Below are positions 46,031 to 56,588 of a stretch of DNA of 64,000 nucleotides, in pieces. The position numbers and the translations under genes were made by a program. Where the stretch lies: IMG/VR virus record IMGVR_UViG_3300046519_000214, positions 16,554 through 80,553 of that record; one strand, written 5' to 3'. A model generated the notes under the pieces. That model did not search any database, had not been told where the DNA came from, and worked only from the letters and a program-made list of their open reading frames with translations. This stretch comes from a virus. The number at the start of each line of letters is the position of its first letter. The first letter of the stretch is position 1.

Positions 46031-48083
46031 TATTTTCTCCTACAGCGATGAAGTAATCCGCTGAAGGAGATTTATGCGACACCAGTAAGAGTTGGGAGAT
46101 CCTACCGGCGAGAGTTCTAAGAACATGGGCCGTTTTCTCGGCTCTATTTTTGTCCATAGACTCGTCAATCTCATCGCCCATGAAGAGCGAAAAGACGTTG
46201 TTTGTCAGTACTTGACCAAGGCCAATTCGTAACGAGAGATTCGCCACAGCCTTGCCAGAACCAGAGAGAGTGTCGATCGACTGATTGTCAACGAGGATGT
46301 TGAAGTCTTCGTCGACGATAATGCTCTGACGCTCACCCCCGGTCATGTGAGACAGGAGGCTGCTGGCGACCTTGTTCAGGCTCGGAACCAGATACTGCTT
46401 GATCTTCGAACGCAGGATCGTGAGAGCGTCCTTGACCCTGGACCAGTCGTCGGCTTCGAGGCGGTAGTTGGTTATCTTCCCGTGGGTTTCCGAGTAGATC
46501 TGGAACTCCCGGAACCAGACGGCGTAAGCCTGCTCGAAAGCGCGAGCCTGGTTCAGAGCCTCGATCAGATCCGGGTAGTCCTGCAGGTCGACCTCCAGCA
46601 TGGTCAGCTGGATCGTCTTCTGTGCCCTCTCGGCTTCCCAGGCTTCGAACTCGGCTACCTGGTCGGACCAAACGGCGAGCTGAGCCTCATACTGCTGTGC
46701 CTCGCGGAGCATCTTGGCGTAATCAGGCTCGTCCTTGGTCTTCGTAGCTTCGAGCTGAGCCACGAGCTCTGCACGGCGGTCCTGCTGCTGGATCCCATGC
46801 TCGAGGCTGGCGAGCTGCTCGAGCGTCCAGCGGACCACTGGCTGCGTTTCCGGGGCGTGCTGGTGGATGGTCTCCCATTCCTCCTCGACGCGCTTCCAGG
46901 CGTCCAGCATCCGCTGATAACCGTCGATCTTCTCTTCGGTTAGGGCACGGGTGTTGTACATGCGAGGCAGGGCGCTGACTTCCTTGAGCTCGGCTTTCAC
47001 CTTGTCCAAAGCCTCGCCCGCGATCGGCCAGTGGTGGGTGCAGCTCGGGCAGACATGTTCGCCCTGCTCCTGGAGATCCTTCAGTTGATCGCACAGGTGG
47101 TCGAACCGCTTCTGGTTCTTCATCGCTTCCCAATCGACACGAAGCTGATCGAGGAAGGCCTGGTTCCACTCCGGTTTGTGGTGAAGAGACTGGAACTGCC
47201 GGCGAGCTCGGTACGCTTGGGCGAGTTTGTGGTTCTCGCGGTCGGCGTTGATCTCGTCCATGGTGATGCCAGTCGCTACCGGAATACGAGCGAGCTCACC
47301 TTCCAGAACCTGGCGCTGGATCTTGCGGGCGTTCTGCTGGTCGAGCATTTCCTGCACGATCGCGGATCCGAGTCCGTGTGGATTCGTCGGCTTGACCGGC
47401 CGCTTCTTCTCGTTCGCCAGCCAGCCCCGCAGCTGGTCGGCCTGCGAGCGGAGTTCATCTTTGGCCTTCTTCTCTTCCTCGAGCTCCGAACTCTCGCGGT
47501 AGTTCTCGGGGATCTGCGGTTCGACAGGGAGGCGATTGTTCGCCTCGAGGTCGTCGGCCGCACGCTTGCAGGACAGAGCCTCGGCGCCGGCAGACTTCGA
47601 CATGTCATCCAGGATGGACACGCCGATCACGCTGTCGACTGCACGGCGGCGCTCCGCGGGTCGCATCTCGCCCAGTTCGAGCAGCGCCTGCTGGTTCGCA
47701 ACGCAAGCCATATCGAAGACAGTCAGGCCGAAACCAAACAGCTGCGGGATCTTGGTGTTGACCGGCGACGTGCCAGTGCAGATCACCTCGCCTTCCTCGG
47801 TGAGGATGGCTTTGTTGTGCGTCCGCTGGATCGTGTAGTCCTTGCCCTTGAGGCGGAAGTCCAGGCGGGCCTTGAGGTTCTTGTAGTCGTCGGCAGTGCC
47901 ACGAAGTGCGGCCGATCCGAAGAGGCAGTAACGGATCATCTCGACGATCATGGACTTGCCACTTTCGTTCGGTCCCACAATAGCGCCAAAGCCGCCCTGG
48001 AACAGGACGGCTTCGGAGAGGGTGCGGCCGGTGGACGGGAACGTCACCGAGTATTCAAGCTGCTTCAGCATACGGATATTCAC
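45996..48083 (-). CDS. SbcC/Rad50-like ATPase
   Basis: GPNESGKS, CPSC zinc hook, LSGSG signature, GDEID. Confidence 0.92.
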   Translation of the reverse strand: MNIRMLKQLEYSVTFPSTGRTLSEAVLFQGGFGAIVGPNESGKSMIVEMIRYCLFGSAALRGTADDYKNLKARLDFRLKGKDYTIQRTHNKAILTEEGEVICTGTSPVNTKIPQLFGFGLTVFDMACVANQQALLELGEMRPAERRRAVDSVIGVSILDDMSKSAGAEALSCKRAADDLEANNRLPVEPQIPENYRESSELEEEKKAKDELRSQADQLRGWLANEKKRPVKPTNPHGLGSAIVQEMLDQQNARKIQRQVLEGELARIPVATGITMDEINADRENHKLAQAYRARRQFQSLHHKPEWNQAFLDQLRVDWEAMKNQKRFDHLCDQLKDLQEQGEHVCPSCTHHWPIAGEALDKVKAELKEVSALPRMYNTRALTEEKIDGYQRMLDAWKRVEEEWETIHQHAPETQPVVRWTLEQLASLEHGIQQQDRRAELVAQLEATKTKDEPDYAKMLREAQQYEAQLAVWSDQVAEFEAWEAERAQKTIQLTMLEVDLQDYPDLIEALNQARAFEQAYAVWFREFQIYSETHGKITNYRLEADDWSRVKDALTILRSKIKQYLVPSLNKVASSLLSHMTGGERQSIIVDEDFNILVDNQSIDTLSGSGKAVANLSLRIGLGQVLTNNVFSLFMGDEIDESMDKNRAEKTAHVLRTLAGRISQLLLVSHKSPSADYFIAVGENSEYQLADFQSN

Positions 48084-48324
48084 TCCATTTGATCAGAACT
48101 CCCGCGGCGATCGCCTTGGCGGCGGCGCTCTTGAGAACGGGAAGGAAGGCGGGCTGCAGGGCGATCCGGCGGATCTGGTCGAAGTCCTCGAACCCCTTCT
48201 TGAGGCTCGATTGAAACGTCCGGATCATGGTCGATTCCTGCAGGGTGAGGTCCGGAACGGTGAGCCAGGTTTCCATGACCCACTCGTATTCCGACATTGA
48301 ACGGTCGAGATCGCTAAGCTCCAT
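48055..48324 (-). CDS. Small hypothetical protein
   Basis: Fills the gap between sbcD-like and sbcC-like genes. Confidence 0.55.
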   Translation of the reverse strand: MELSDLDRSMSEYEWVMETWLTVPDLTLQESTMIRTFQSSLKKGFEDFDQIRRIALQPAFLPVLKSAAAKAIAAGVLIKWSEYPYAEAA

Positions 48325-49252
48325 CAGTGGTCCGCTTTGTGTGATACTGTTCCAGAACCTGAGCAGTGCGTGCCGCAGTGACGCCAGCCTCTGCGAAAGC
48401 TTCCGCAAAGAGCTTGTCCATATCGAAGTCACCGAGGGTGACTGTGCCGATTGGGCCATCGTCGTCATTGGTCTTTTCCTGCTTGAAGGTAAGCTGCAGG
48501 CAGTCGATCTCGCCGTCGAACTTGCCGATGATCCGGACGCATTTGTCCTTGAAGATCGAGGTATCGGTGATGTCCTCGGCTCGGACGGTCACGTACAGAC
48601 TGTCGTCTGGCTCCTCGCCGTGAGCGTATGGCTGCATCGAGCCTACAACGACGACCTCGGTTTCATCCCGCTTGAGCGTTCGGGCCTTGTGGTCATGGCC
48701 GGTGTAGATCTTCTCGAAGTGCAGCTTGGTGGGCACCATGTTGTGCTCACCAAACTCAACGTCGAAGTGGCCGAAGAGGATGTTCCCCTCGACGTCCTTC
48801 AGCTTCTCGCTGGCATCCCAAAGGGGATGCCAGGGGTAGAGAACGAGACCGTCCACGGTGACGACGTCATTGACGATCGTGATGTTCGGAACGTCGGCCA
48901 CCAGGGCGGCGAAGACGTCAAACGCCGATCGGCGCTGGAGATCTCGAGTCCAGTCATGGTTGCCCTTCAGCACATAAAAATGGGCGTCTGGGTGCTGAGT
49001 GGCTGCAGCTCGGTACTGATCAGCCACATCCAGGATGAGATCAAAGGAAACGATCCACTTGTCGAAGAGATCTCCAAGGCAAATGTGCAGATCAAAATCG
49101 CGACCTGGAACATGCAGAGCTTCCAGAAGATCCTGCCATACGATCTGTTCTCGCACCCCACGGCGGTGGAGAGGCACCCCGTTATGAAAAGTGCGCCCCA
49201 GATGAGGGTCTCCAAGCAGGACAATACGCTTCCCATTTTCAGTTATTTCCAT
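48314..49252 (-). CDS. SbcD/Mre11-like nuclease
   Basis: GDPHLG, GDLFD, GNHD, GH.H. Confidence 0.9.
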   Translation of the reverse strand: MEITENGKRIVLLGDPHLGRTFHNGVPLHRRGVREQIVWQDLLEALHVPGRDFDLHICLGDLFDKWIVSFDLILDVADQYRAAATQHPDAHFYVLKGNHDWTRDLQRRSAFDVFAALVADVPNITIVNDVVTVDGLVLYPWHPLWDASEKLKDVEGNILFGHFDVEFGEHNMVPTKLHFEKIYTGHDHKARTLKRDETEVVVVGSMQPYAHGEEPDDSLYVTVRAEDITDTSIFKDKCVRIIGKFDGEIDCLQLTFKQEKTNDDDGPIGTVTLGDFDMDKLFAEAFAEAGVTAARTAQVLEQYHTKRTTDGA

Positions 49253-49802
49253 ACTTGTTCACCGCTTCGAAGACTTGGTTGATCTGGTTGAGCACGTCGT
49301 AGAGCGCGTTGTGAGCATCGCCGCCCACGGACGCCACGTAGTGGCTCTCGACGGTCGGATCCTTCGCGAGACCGCGAATGAAGGAGTTCATGTCGACCGC
49401 CCAGCGATAGTGGAATGGGTTCTGGATCTCGTACTGGCGCAGATACGAGGCGACGTAGCCCCAATCGAACGTCGTCGGCTTGGCCCAGAAACGAACTGGC
49501 TTCGGGTTATCGAACCCAACCCACTTCACGAAGTCGCGAATGACCGTCTGCGGATCCTCGGCACGTGCCATGATCTGCTGGTAGACCTTCGGACGCTTGC
49601 CCCACCAGTTGCGGGTGCCCTCTTCGAAGTAGCGGTTCGACGGCAGCTTCAGGCAGCGATCGAACATTTCCGGGTAGGGCTGGACCGACTGTGTGGCCAG
49701 GTCGAACTTGACCGCCGACAGCTGGATCATGCCGTTCACTTCTGGGTTGGTGCCGGTGGTTTCGACATCCACCATGATGTCTAGGAAGGCTGGTGCGTCC
49801 AT
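49239..49802 (-). CDS. DEDDh 3'-5' exonuclease
   Basis: DVETTG, FD, HNALYD. Confidence 0.88.
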   Translation of the reverse strand: MDAPAFLDIMVDVETTGTNPEVNGMIQLSAVKFDLATQSVQPYPEMFDRCLKLPSNRYFEEGTRNWWGKRPKVYQQIMARAEDPQTVIRDFVKWVGFDNPKPVRFWAKPTTFDWGYVASYLRQYEIQNPFHYRWAVDMNSFIRGLAKDPTVESHYVASVGGDAHNALYDVLNQINQVFEAVNKYGNN

Positions 49803-50209
49803 TTGAGATTCTCCAATTCGGTCCAGGGGATTGATGAGCGGCCGAGATCCTTCACCGCCTGGATGACTTGCCAGGGGATGCGGTACCAGGTGCCGGTTGT
49901 GAGGTTGTGTACGAAGACGAAGTAGCCCCCGCCGGCAGACACGATCTGCGGTGCGGCGCTCTTCTGCCCCTTCTTGAGAAGGGAGAACGGAAAGGAGGTT
50001 TTCTCCTGGGTCGATTTGACCTCGGCGTAGAATGTCTCGCCGTCCGTGCTGACGATGTAGTCAGACGGTGTGGCTCGCGTGAGCCCTATTCTGCCAGTGC
50101 GGCCTCGAACTTCGGCCGCATCAGCTACTCGGTAGCAGTAGGCTCGTTTACCGAGCCTCTGCCAGTGGCCTTCGAAGAGGCCTTCTGATGGTTTTCCAGT
50201 GTTTTTCAT
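49781..50209 (-). CDS. PD-(D/E)xK Holliday junction resolvase-like (RecU-like) nuclease
   Basis: E..FE, PSDY, AEVKST. Confidence 0.75.
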   Translation of the reverse strand: MKNTGKPSEGLFEGHWQRLGKRAYCYRVADAAEVRGRTGRIGLTRATPSDYIVSTDGETFYAEVKSTQEKTSFPFSLLKKGQKSAAPQIVSAGGGYFVFVHNLTTGTWYRIPWQVIQAVKDLGRSSIPWTELENLKWTHQPS

Positions 50210-50289
50210 AACGAGAGTACATGAACACACCGAAGGAGAGTTTGAATATGAAAAGGGCGAGAGTTCCGAGAACTCCCGCCCGAGAAATG

Positions 50290-51147
50290 TTAGTAGCCTT
50301 CAAGCCACTGTCGATATTGCTTCCATCCTTGGAAGTTACGGTCCTTTGTGCCGACCGCTGGAGTGGCCTGATGTTCAGCCGGTGAGGCGTGAAGCGGCTC
50401 AGCAACGACGAGCTTGTCGTGGAGTGCAACGTCCTCCTCAACTGTGGTCTTGCGACCATCGTGAGTCACGTAGCTGACACGGGCACAACGAGCGACGGAG
50501 ACCTTGCGGGCAACCTCGATCAGGCCCAAGTCATGTCGATCTGCGTAAAGCTGCAGCTCTTCGTTGAAGTCGACATAGGGAACATGCCATTGGCCTTCGC
50601 GGAGCCTATCCGGTGTTGAGCCGGCCATCGCATCCTTCATGGCTCGAGCCAGAACCTGGATCTCGGGCTGAGCGTCTGGATGGTCGCGGAGCTCAAAGAA
50701 GTTATCCCAGTCGGTCGCGGAGACGACGACGTTGATGTGGGTGAAGGGCTCGAGCAGCCGGTTCACGATCTGTTTGTGGTAGCCGGCTGCGTCGAACATC
50801 TCAGCCTGTCGGATCGCGTTGTCTCGAGCTACGTTCCAGGCTTCTTCGCGGGAGCCGAACACATAGTCGTCGCTTCCGAAGCCGACGACAACCTGATCAT
50901 TGTGCTCTTCGCGAGCCTGCATCCCTGGCTGGTTCTTGCCCCAGTGCAGCGGCATGGCGGTGTCTTCAATCACGTCCTGGATCAGGCGCTTGACCGGGAT
51001 TGCTCGCGAGCTCGAGGCGTTCCGGCTGAACACGCGGTGCGTCATAAATTCGGCGTGGATGAAGCGGGGGTACCGGAGCTGCAGGGTAGTGAGACGGGTT
51101 CCAGCCGTGTTGATTGAGTCTTTGATGATGACAGCGGTGATTGTCAC
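50290..51147 (-). CDS. thyX: Flavin-dependent thymidylate synthase
   Basis: THRVFSRNASSSR motif; LR....AQPEI; GTG start at 51147. Confidence 0.9.
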   Translation of the reverse strand: MTITAVIIKDSINTAGTRLTTLQLRYPRFIHAEFMTHRVFSRNASSSRAIPVKRLIQDVIEDTAMPLHWGKNQPGMQAREEHNDQVVVGFGSDDYVFGSREEAWNVARDNAIRQAEMFDAAGYHKQIVNRLLEPFTHINVVVSATDWDNFFELRDHPDAQPEIQVLARAMKDAMAGSTPDRLREGQWHVPYVDFNEELQLYADRHDLGLIEVARKVSVARCARVSYVTHDGRKTTVEEDVALHDKLVVAEPLHASPAEHQATPAVGTKDRNFQGWKQYRQWLEGY

Positions 51148-51398
51148 TTGGCGTGTTTCCTTATGCATTCGATCATGGCGGGGAAGTAGTCTGGGGGAGG
51201 ATCCCCCAGCTTGTATTTGCGGTAGCGGTCCCAGAAGATTTCGTTGAGTTCGTCGGCGCACGCCTTGGACCGGCGCTGCGAGGCGAACTCGAACGTGGTT
51301 CTGGATCCATCCGTGAAGGACCAGCCGTCCACTGTGCGGCCTTTGCGGAGGCAGAGAACCCAACGGCCATCTGCCTCCTGGCGTGCGCCGAACGCCAT
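51144..51398 (-). CDS. Small hypothetical protein
   Basis: Coupled on both sides. Confidence 0.6.
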   Translation of the reverse strand: MAFGARQEADGRWVLCLRKGRTVDGWSFTDGSRTTFEFASQRRSKACADELNEIFWDRYRKYKLGDPPPDYFPAMIECIRKHAK

Positions 51399-52519
51399 CA
51401 GGCGTCTGGACGGTCGAAGTCGATCGCGATCGGGAACCGTGGGATCCCGGCCGGGGTCAACTCGAAGGACTGAACAGTCACGGTCTTCACGTCGCGGCTA
51501 AGTAGTTCCTTGCAGAACGCTTGGTTGCCCTTGATCCCAGCCTTCGGTCGCTCTCCCTGCTCTGTGCGACGATCGTCGGGAAGAATGAACTCAACAGCTT
51601 TGGCGTAGCCGGCCCAGTTGCCAATGCCTTCGATTATCCGCGAGACTTTATATTCGGCCGTGATGAATTCCTTGTACTTCATCAGGGCGTCTGTCCGCGT
51701 ATTCTGGTAGATGGCATCGCCGCGGCGGACCATGACGCCCTCGTAGCCGAGGCCGACGTACTTCACGAACAGCGCACGAACCTCTTCATGGCTGTCGACC
51801 AAAGTTGTCGGTACGATCTGAATCGAAGGTCCGGTGTCAATCAGCCTGGTAGTGTATGCAGCGAGACGGTCAAGGGCGATGGCTCGTGGATTGCGAGGGT
51901 CAACCAGATCGTAAACATGAAACTCAATATCACGAGCAGCCCTGGCAAACTGCTTTGCGTCAGGAGTTTTCTTCCGAATGATCGAAGCGAGCTCATTGAA
52001 GTTTTCCTTGAATTCGTGGTTGTAAAGTTCCCCGTCGAGGATAGCGTCGGAGTTGATGGCGAAGAACGGCTGCAGCTGTTCCAGGATGTGTGGGCAGCTT
52101 GTGATTGGCTCGCCCTTGCGGGTCCGCAGGCCATCCTTGGTGGCGATGCATCGGATGCCATCGAGCTTCGGCTGAACCATGTAGCCCTCGGTGACCAGCT
52201 CGCGATCGTACTTCTCGGCCAACATTGGGGCGAAATACTTCGCCGTCGACGTGCCCTGGACCGTCTCGTGGTAGTCGCGCTTCAGCTTCTTGGTCTTCTC
52301 AGCCTCAGCCTCGAACTGGGCCTGGAGCTCGGCCGTAGGTTGGCTTTTCGGAGTGCATACCGTCCACTTGCTGACGGTCTTCTTGCCGTTTTGTCGGCCG
52401 GCGATCGTGCGCCAGCTGTCGCCGTTCACTTCGTACTGCCAGGTCCAGATCTCGTGCATTTGGGTCTGACGGTAGATTTCGGGGGAGAGGAAATTCGTAG
52501 GGGTGCTGATGGCGTTCAA
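51398..52519 (-). CDS. ATP-dependent DNA ligase
   Basis: PKLDGIRC, LDGELY, YEGVMVR, KYK, PRFP. Confidence 0.93.
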   Translation of the reverse strand: MNAISTPTNFLSPEIYRQTQMHEIWTWQYEVNGDSWRTIAGRQNGKKTVSKWTVCTPKSQPTAELQAQFEAEAEKTKKLKRDYHETVQGTSTAKYFAPMLAEKYDRELVTEGYMVQPKLDGIRCIATKDGLRTRKGEPITSCPHILEQLQPFFAINSDAILDGELYNHEFKENFNELASIIRKKTPDAKQFARAARDIEFHVYDLVDPRNPRAIALDRLAAYTTRLIDTGPSIQIVPTTLVDSHEEVRALFVKYVGLGYEGVMVRRGDAIYQNTRTDALMKYKEFITAEYKVSRIIEGIGNWAGYAKAVEFILPDDRRTEQGERPKAGIKGNQAFCKELLSRDVKTVTVQSFELTPAGIPRFPIAIDFDRPDA

Positions 52520-53058
52520 AGCTTTGGCTCCAGTTTGATTTTGATGTGTTTGATGTCGTCGCGGTAGTAGGGGTTGCGGTCGACGAGCCGCTCGAGCTCG
52601 TCGAGATCGGTGATGTCCTCTGACGATTCATGGACGTAACCGCCGTGGGTTTTCGTGCGGATCCGAGCACGCCAGCGAGGGGTCACCGCCTCCGGTTCAG
52701 GCTCAGGTTCGGGGACGTGAACGTGGACCGTCGTGCTCTGCTTTGGCCGGCACGCGGCCACTTCCGGTTCCGGTTTCGGCTTAACCTGGATCTGGCTCTG
52801 CAGCTGGATCAGGTACTGCCGCAGGTGGCTCTCCAGATTGTACTCGGCCAGATACATGATGACGCTCTCGAGAGCGCCGTAGTCCAAGGCGCAGGCCTTG
52901 TCGGCTAGGACGAACACGACGTGGAACTCGTCGAGTTGCTGCCACTGGTGGCAGGAGCTGGTCCCGTAGAGCAACGTCTGGATCTCGCTGCGTTCGCGAG
53001 CGCCAGTGTGGAAGGAAAGGCCAATTAGGCCTTTCCCAGTGAGGAGTGCATAGGTCAT
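52516..53058 (-). CDS. Hypothetical protein with Pro-Glu linker
   Basis: ATGA-coupled start at 53058. Confidence 0.6.
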   Translation of the reverse strand: MTYALLTGKGLIGLSFHTGARERSEIQTLLYGTSSCHQWQQLDEFHVVFVLADKACALDYGALESVIMYLAEYNLESHLRQYLIQLQSQIQVKPKPEPEVAACRPKQSTTVHVHVPEPEPEPEAVTPRWRARIRTKTHGGYVHESSEDITDLDELERLVDRNPYYRDDIKHIKIKLEPKL

Positions 53059-55799
53059 GCTGCGAGTTTCCGTTGTTCGAAGAGGTAGTCGACAACACCG
53101 CGGGTCTCTTCGTCCGTGGCGCGTCCGTTGACGTTTCCGACTCCCACAGCCGCCGGCAGTTCGAAGAGTTCGACCTGGCCGAGGAGGACGCCCTTTTTGG
53201 CGTTGTAGGGTTCGAAGGTGAGGCCGACCGATGGAGATGCGTCGAGCTTGCACAGCTTGAACATGTCCGGATGGTCGATCATGGTGTCGCGGATGAGCTT
53301 GATCGCTTCGACGACGATGCTCCGATGGACCGAGAACAGAAGTTCGTCGTGGATCGGCATCATGAAGCGGAACTCACGACTGGTCCAACCACGCTCCCGA
53401 GCGAGACGATTGATCTTGATGATCGACCGCTTCGCCAAAGTGGCGCAGGAGCCTTGGATGAAGGCGTTGACCAGCTGGTTGTTCGCACGGCCCTGGATCT
53501 TGCGGATGATGTAATCCCAGACCGCGTTGAAGCGGGTCACGAGCTCATCCGACCCATCGTGGGGCAGCTTGAACTTGGAGCCGAAATATTCGGCCCACAT
53601 CGGCGTGGCTTCGAAGCGAACACGACGGTGATGATCGGGCAGCTCGATGTAGCCAAGGCGTTTGCCCTGTTCGATGATGCCCACACGCCAGTCCTCGGCT
53701 ACCGAGAAGCGCTCGCGATACCGCTTCGTGGCATCACCAGTCTTATCGACATCCCAGCCCATGCGATCACCAATGGTGCCCAGAAAGCCTGAGTACCAAT
53801 AGTTGAAGTTCGCGCCCTTCCCGACCTCGGTACGCCAATACTTGTAGGTGTCACCGATCTTGAGTTCCTGGCCCTTCAAGTTCGTGAAGAGACGATTGTA
53901 GTTCGTCATCTCCTGACCATAGAAGTCCATGAAATCAGTGGCCTTCTCGAAATCCCTCAAAGCCTTGAACGACTTCTCGGTGAGACCAGGTACGTCGACG
54001 GACAGAATGTCGGCCGCTGCGCCACCGTGCAGATCCTCGTGAGGAATCTGACCGAAGGCCTTGATGAACTCCGGATCTCCAGAGAACTCTCCGATCTCGA
54101 CGAGCTCGACGCCCGACCAGTCGCAAGAGACGATGACGTGATCCTCGTGGTCAGCTTCGAAGAAGCCGCGGACGTAGGTGCTTTCGCCACGCTTGCCCAA
54201 CTGCATCGGGTTCGGAACCGAGGCACCCATTCGACGGGTCGCCAGCATGGACGACACGAGTGGATAGAGACATCCGGTCTCCGGATCCATCAGCTGGGTG
54301 TATGGCGTCAGGTAGAGCTTCATGCGCTGCTCGACGCCAGAGATCTGGTTCAGCCCATTGAGGATGGCCTTGGAGTCATCGTCCGTGAGGCGATCGAGAA
54401 GTTTACCGCGAGCCTCGCCGTCGCTCTGGACCTTGCCGAGCGAGCGGATGACATCCTCACCGAGCAGATCGTACATGATCACGCGGATCGGCATGTAGTG
54501 GCTCAGGTTCGGACCAGTTGGTTCAGGCTTGTCAGTCTCGATTGCCCAGGCATTCGAAACAGGACCGCGGACCTGGCCACACTGTGCGAACACAGCGGCG
54601 TCGTTCTGCGGCGGATAGTCGCCTTCGTCGTCCATCTCAACCTTCTCGACCCAGTCGGCGCTGTTGGCCCACTGCGTGATCTGGTCGCGATATTTCTGGT
54701 AGCCGGTCTGGTACCACTTCTCTCCCTTCATCAAGCCGGCGTGTGGTTCGTCCTTGAATGGTAACTTTGCCTTGACCTTGGCCTTCAACGTGCGAAGGAT
54801 CTGAGCCATGTGGACCCGCTCGTGGTCCCGACGATCATAGATCGCGTCCGTGTTGACCTTCATCCCCTCGTCCCAGATGTTCGAGAACACGTGGATCATG
54901 GGATTTTCTTGATCGAAGAACGTGCCGATGACTGCAGGGTTGGTCTTGGCCATGTACTCCATCAAGTGACGGAAAAGGCGAACCGCCCAGTAGGCGTCCT
55001 CGGCGCCGTAAGCCGCCGTCTCTGCACCAGTCAGCTGGCCCATGTGAGCCTTGCCGTTCAGCACCTGTTCGAACGTCGTCATCTGGTAGTCGAAGAAGTT
55101 CTTGATCAACCCCTTCAGGCCGTAGCCGTAGGCGACATTCTTGACGAAGCCGTTGTACGAGTGCTCGGCCTTGCTCTCCTTCGCGATGATCTTGCCGACG
55201 ACTTCCTCAAGCGCTGGTGGCATGCCCTTCTTCGAGACATCCCACTTCATGCATTCCTGCAGCAGTGAGTTCTTCAAGGCAGCGATACCGCCCTGCCCTG
55301 CCGCCATGAACTTGTTGAGATCGTACTCGTCAGGGCCGAAAGCCGAGACCGCCATCTGCATGGTGCAGATGATCTCCGACAGCTTCAGATCGTAGCAGTT
55401 CTTGTACGAGGTCAATTCGTACGGAGCGTTGTGAGCGATCCAGTGTGAGCCAGCCGGCTTCACGTCGATCAGCTTGCGAGCCTGCTCCCAAGGCAGCCGG
55501 TTCTCCACGTCGGCATGGTTGAGGTTGATGTAGTAGGCAAACTCGTGACCCTCCGGGTACAGCGAGAAGCCAGTCATGACGGTACGCTTCATGTCGAAGA
55601 CCGTTTTTGCAGTCTTGGACTTCGTGCCGTCTTCCTTGTAGCCGCAGAGGGCGTGCAGGCCGGCGTGCCGGTTGCTGTCCTGCGTTTCCACGTCGATCCC
55701 AATGAAGGACGTGTTCTTGATCGCCTGCATCACCGTGAAGGCGTGCTGCTCGAAATTCGTGCGGTCGATCAGAACTGTTTTAATCGGCAGTTCACTCAC
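53055..55799 (-). CDS. polA: Family A DNA polymerase with 3'-5' exonuclease
   Basis: DVET, HNA.YE, Y...D; motif A DWSGVEL, motif B K.ANF...Y, motif C IHDEL. Confidence 0.93.
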   Translation of the reverse strand: MSELPIKTVLIDRTNFEQHAFTVMQAIKNTSFIGIDVETQDSNRHAGLHALCGYKEDGTKSKTAKTVFDMKRTVMTGFSLYPEGHEFAYYINLNHADVENRLPWEQARKLIDVKPAGSHWIAHNAPYELTSYKNCYDLKLSEIICTMQMAVSAFGPDEYDLNKFMAAGQGGIAALKNSLLQECMKWDVSKKGMPPALEEVVGKIIAKESKAEHSYNGFVKNVAYGYGLKGLIKNFFDYQMTTFEQVLNGKAHMGQLTGAETAAYGAEDAYWAVRLFRHLMEYMAKTNPAVIGTFFDQENPMIHVFSNIWDEGMKVNTDAIYDRRDHERVHMAQILRTLKAKVKAKLPFKDEPHAGLMKGEKWYQTGYQKYRDQITQWANSADWVEKVEMDDEGDYPPQNDAAVFAQCGQVRGPVSNAWAIETDKPEPTGPNLSHYMPIRVIMYDLLGEDVIRSLGKVQSDGEARGKLLDRLTDDDSKAILNGLNQISGVEQRMKLYLTPYTQLMDPETGCLYPLVSSMLATRRMGASVPNPMQLGKRGESTYVRGFFEADHEDHVIVSCDWSGVELVEIGEFSGDPEFIKAFGQIPHEDLHGGAAADILSVDVPGLTEKSFKALRDFEKATDFMDFYGQEMTNYNRLFTNLKGQELKIGDTYKYWRTEVGKGANFNYWYSGFLGTIGDRMGWDVDKTGDATKRYRERFSVAEDWRVGIIEQGKRLGYIELPDHHRRVRFEATPMWAEYFGSKFKLPHDGSDELVTRFNAVWDYIIRKIQGRANNQLVNAFIQGSCATLAKRSIIKINRLARERGWTSREFRFMMPIHDELLFSVHRSIVVEAIKLIRDTMIDHPDMFKLCKLDASPSVGLTFEPYNAKKGVLLGQVELFELPAAVGVGNVNGRATDEETRGVVDYLFEQRKLAA

Positions 55800-56533
55800 A
55801 GGAAGAACTCCTTCAGGTACGTGTCGGCCGCTTGGTAGTTGGGCGAGCCGAGCACGATGTTCTTCATCACCTCGTCGAGTGGGACGGGGTAGAAGGACAC
55901 GATTTCGTTGAGGATGCGGATGAGCTCGACGGTCGGTTTCACGGCCTTCGGAAGGCCAATGTCGATCAGGTCGCCCCGCTCGAGCGCGACCGTCGTCAGA
56001 AATTGGAGATCGTCGAGGTTGGTATTTTCCCAGGCTTTGATCCCGAAGTTCGGAATGCCTGAGATCTTGTCCGACTGGTCACCGACCCAGATCTTGTAGA
56101 GCTTCGTGAGTTCCGCCGTGGTCTTCCCCTTTGCGGTGGTAGAGACCAGGGTGGGGTACTCAGCGACGATCTGCAGGAAGTCTGCGTCCGTGCTTTCAAT
56201 GTGGAGACGCCGGCCCTTGGCGGCGTAATCTCTGGCCAGCATGGCCACCACGTCGTCGCCTTCATATTCCTGGTGGAACACCTGTACGACGTTGCAGTGC
56301 GACAGCACCCGAACCAGGGTGTTGAAGTGCAGGCTGAGATCTTTCTCGATGGGAGCGCGATTGGTCTTGTACTGTGGGTAAACAGCTCGGCGGCGCCGGG
56401 ATCCTCGTTCACCATCCCAGACGACGATCGTCTCCTGGAGGGGCTGGAAATAATTGTTGAGGACTGAGCGGGCGTCACTGCCAGTTTCGACCAAGCGGCG
56501 GAAGAAGTTGTTGCCATCAATGATGGTGAGCAT
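55796..56533 (-). CDS. 5'-3' exonuclease/flap nuclease
   Basis: IIDGNN, WDG, YK.NR, EGDD, D.D, GD.SD.I.G. Confidence 0.9.
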   Translation of the reverse strand: MLTIIDGNNFFRRLVETGSDARSVLNNYFQPLQETIVVWDGERGSRRRRAVYPQYKTNRAPIEKDLSLHFNTLVRVLSHCNVVQVFHQEYEGDDVVAMLARDYAAKGRRLHIESTDADFLQIVAEYPTLVSTTAKGKTTAELTKLYKIWVGDQSDKISGIPNFGIKAWENTNLDDLQFLTTVALERGDLIDIGLPKAVKPTVELIRILNEIVSFYPVPLDEVMKNIVLGSPNYQAADTYLKEFFL

Positions 56534-56548
56534 TCTGTGCCTCCAAAG

Positions 56549-56578
56549 AAAAAGGGCGGCTCGCGCCGCCCTCTTCTT
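56549..56578 (-). terminator. Intrinsic terminator
   Basis: aaaa-agggcggc-tcgc-gccgccct. Confidence 0.7.
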
Positions 56579-56588
56579 GACCTGGGTC

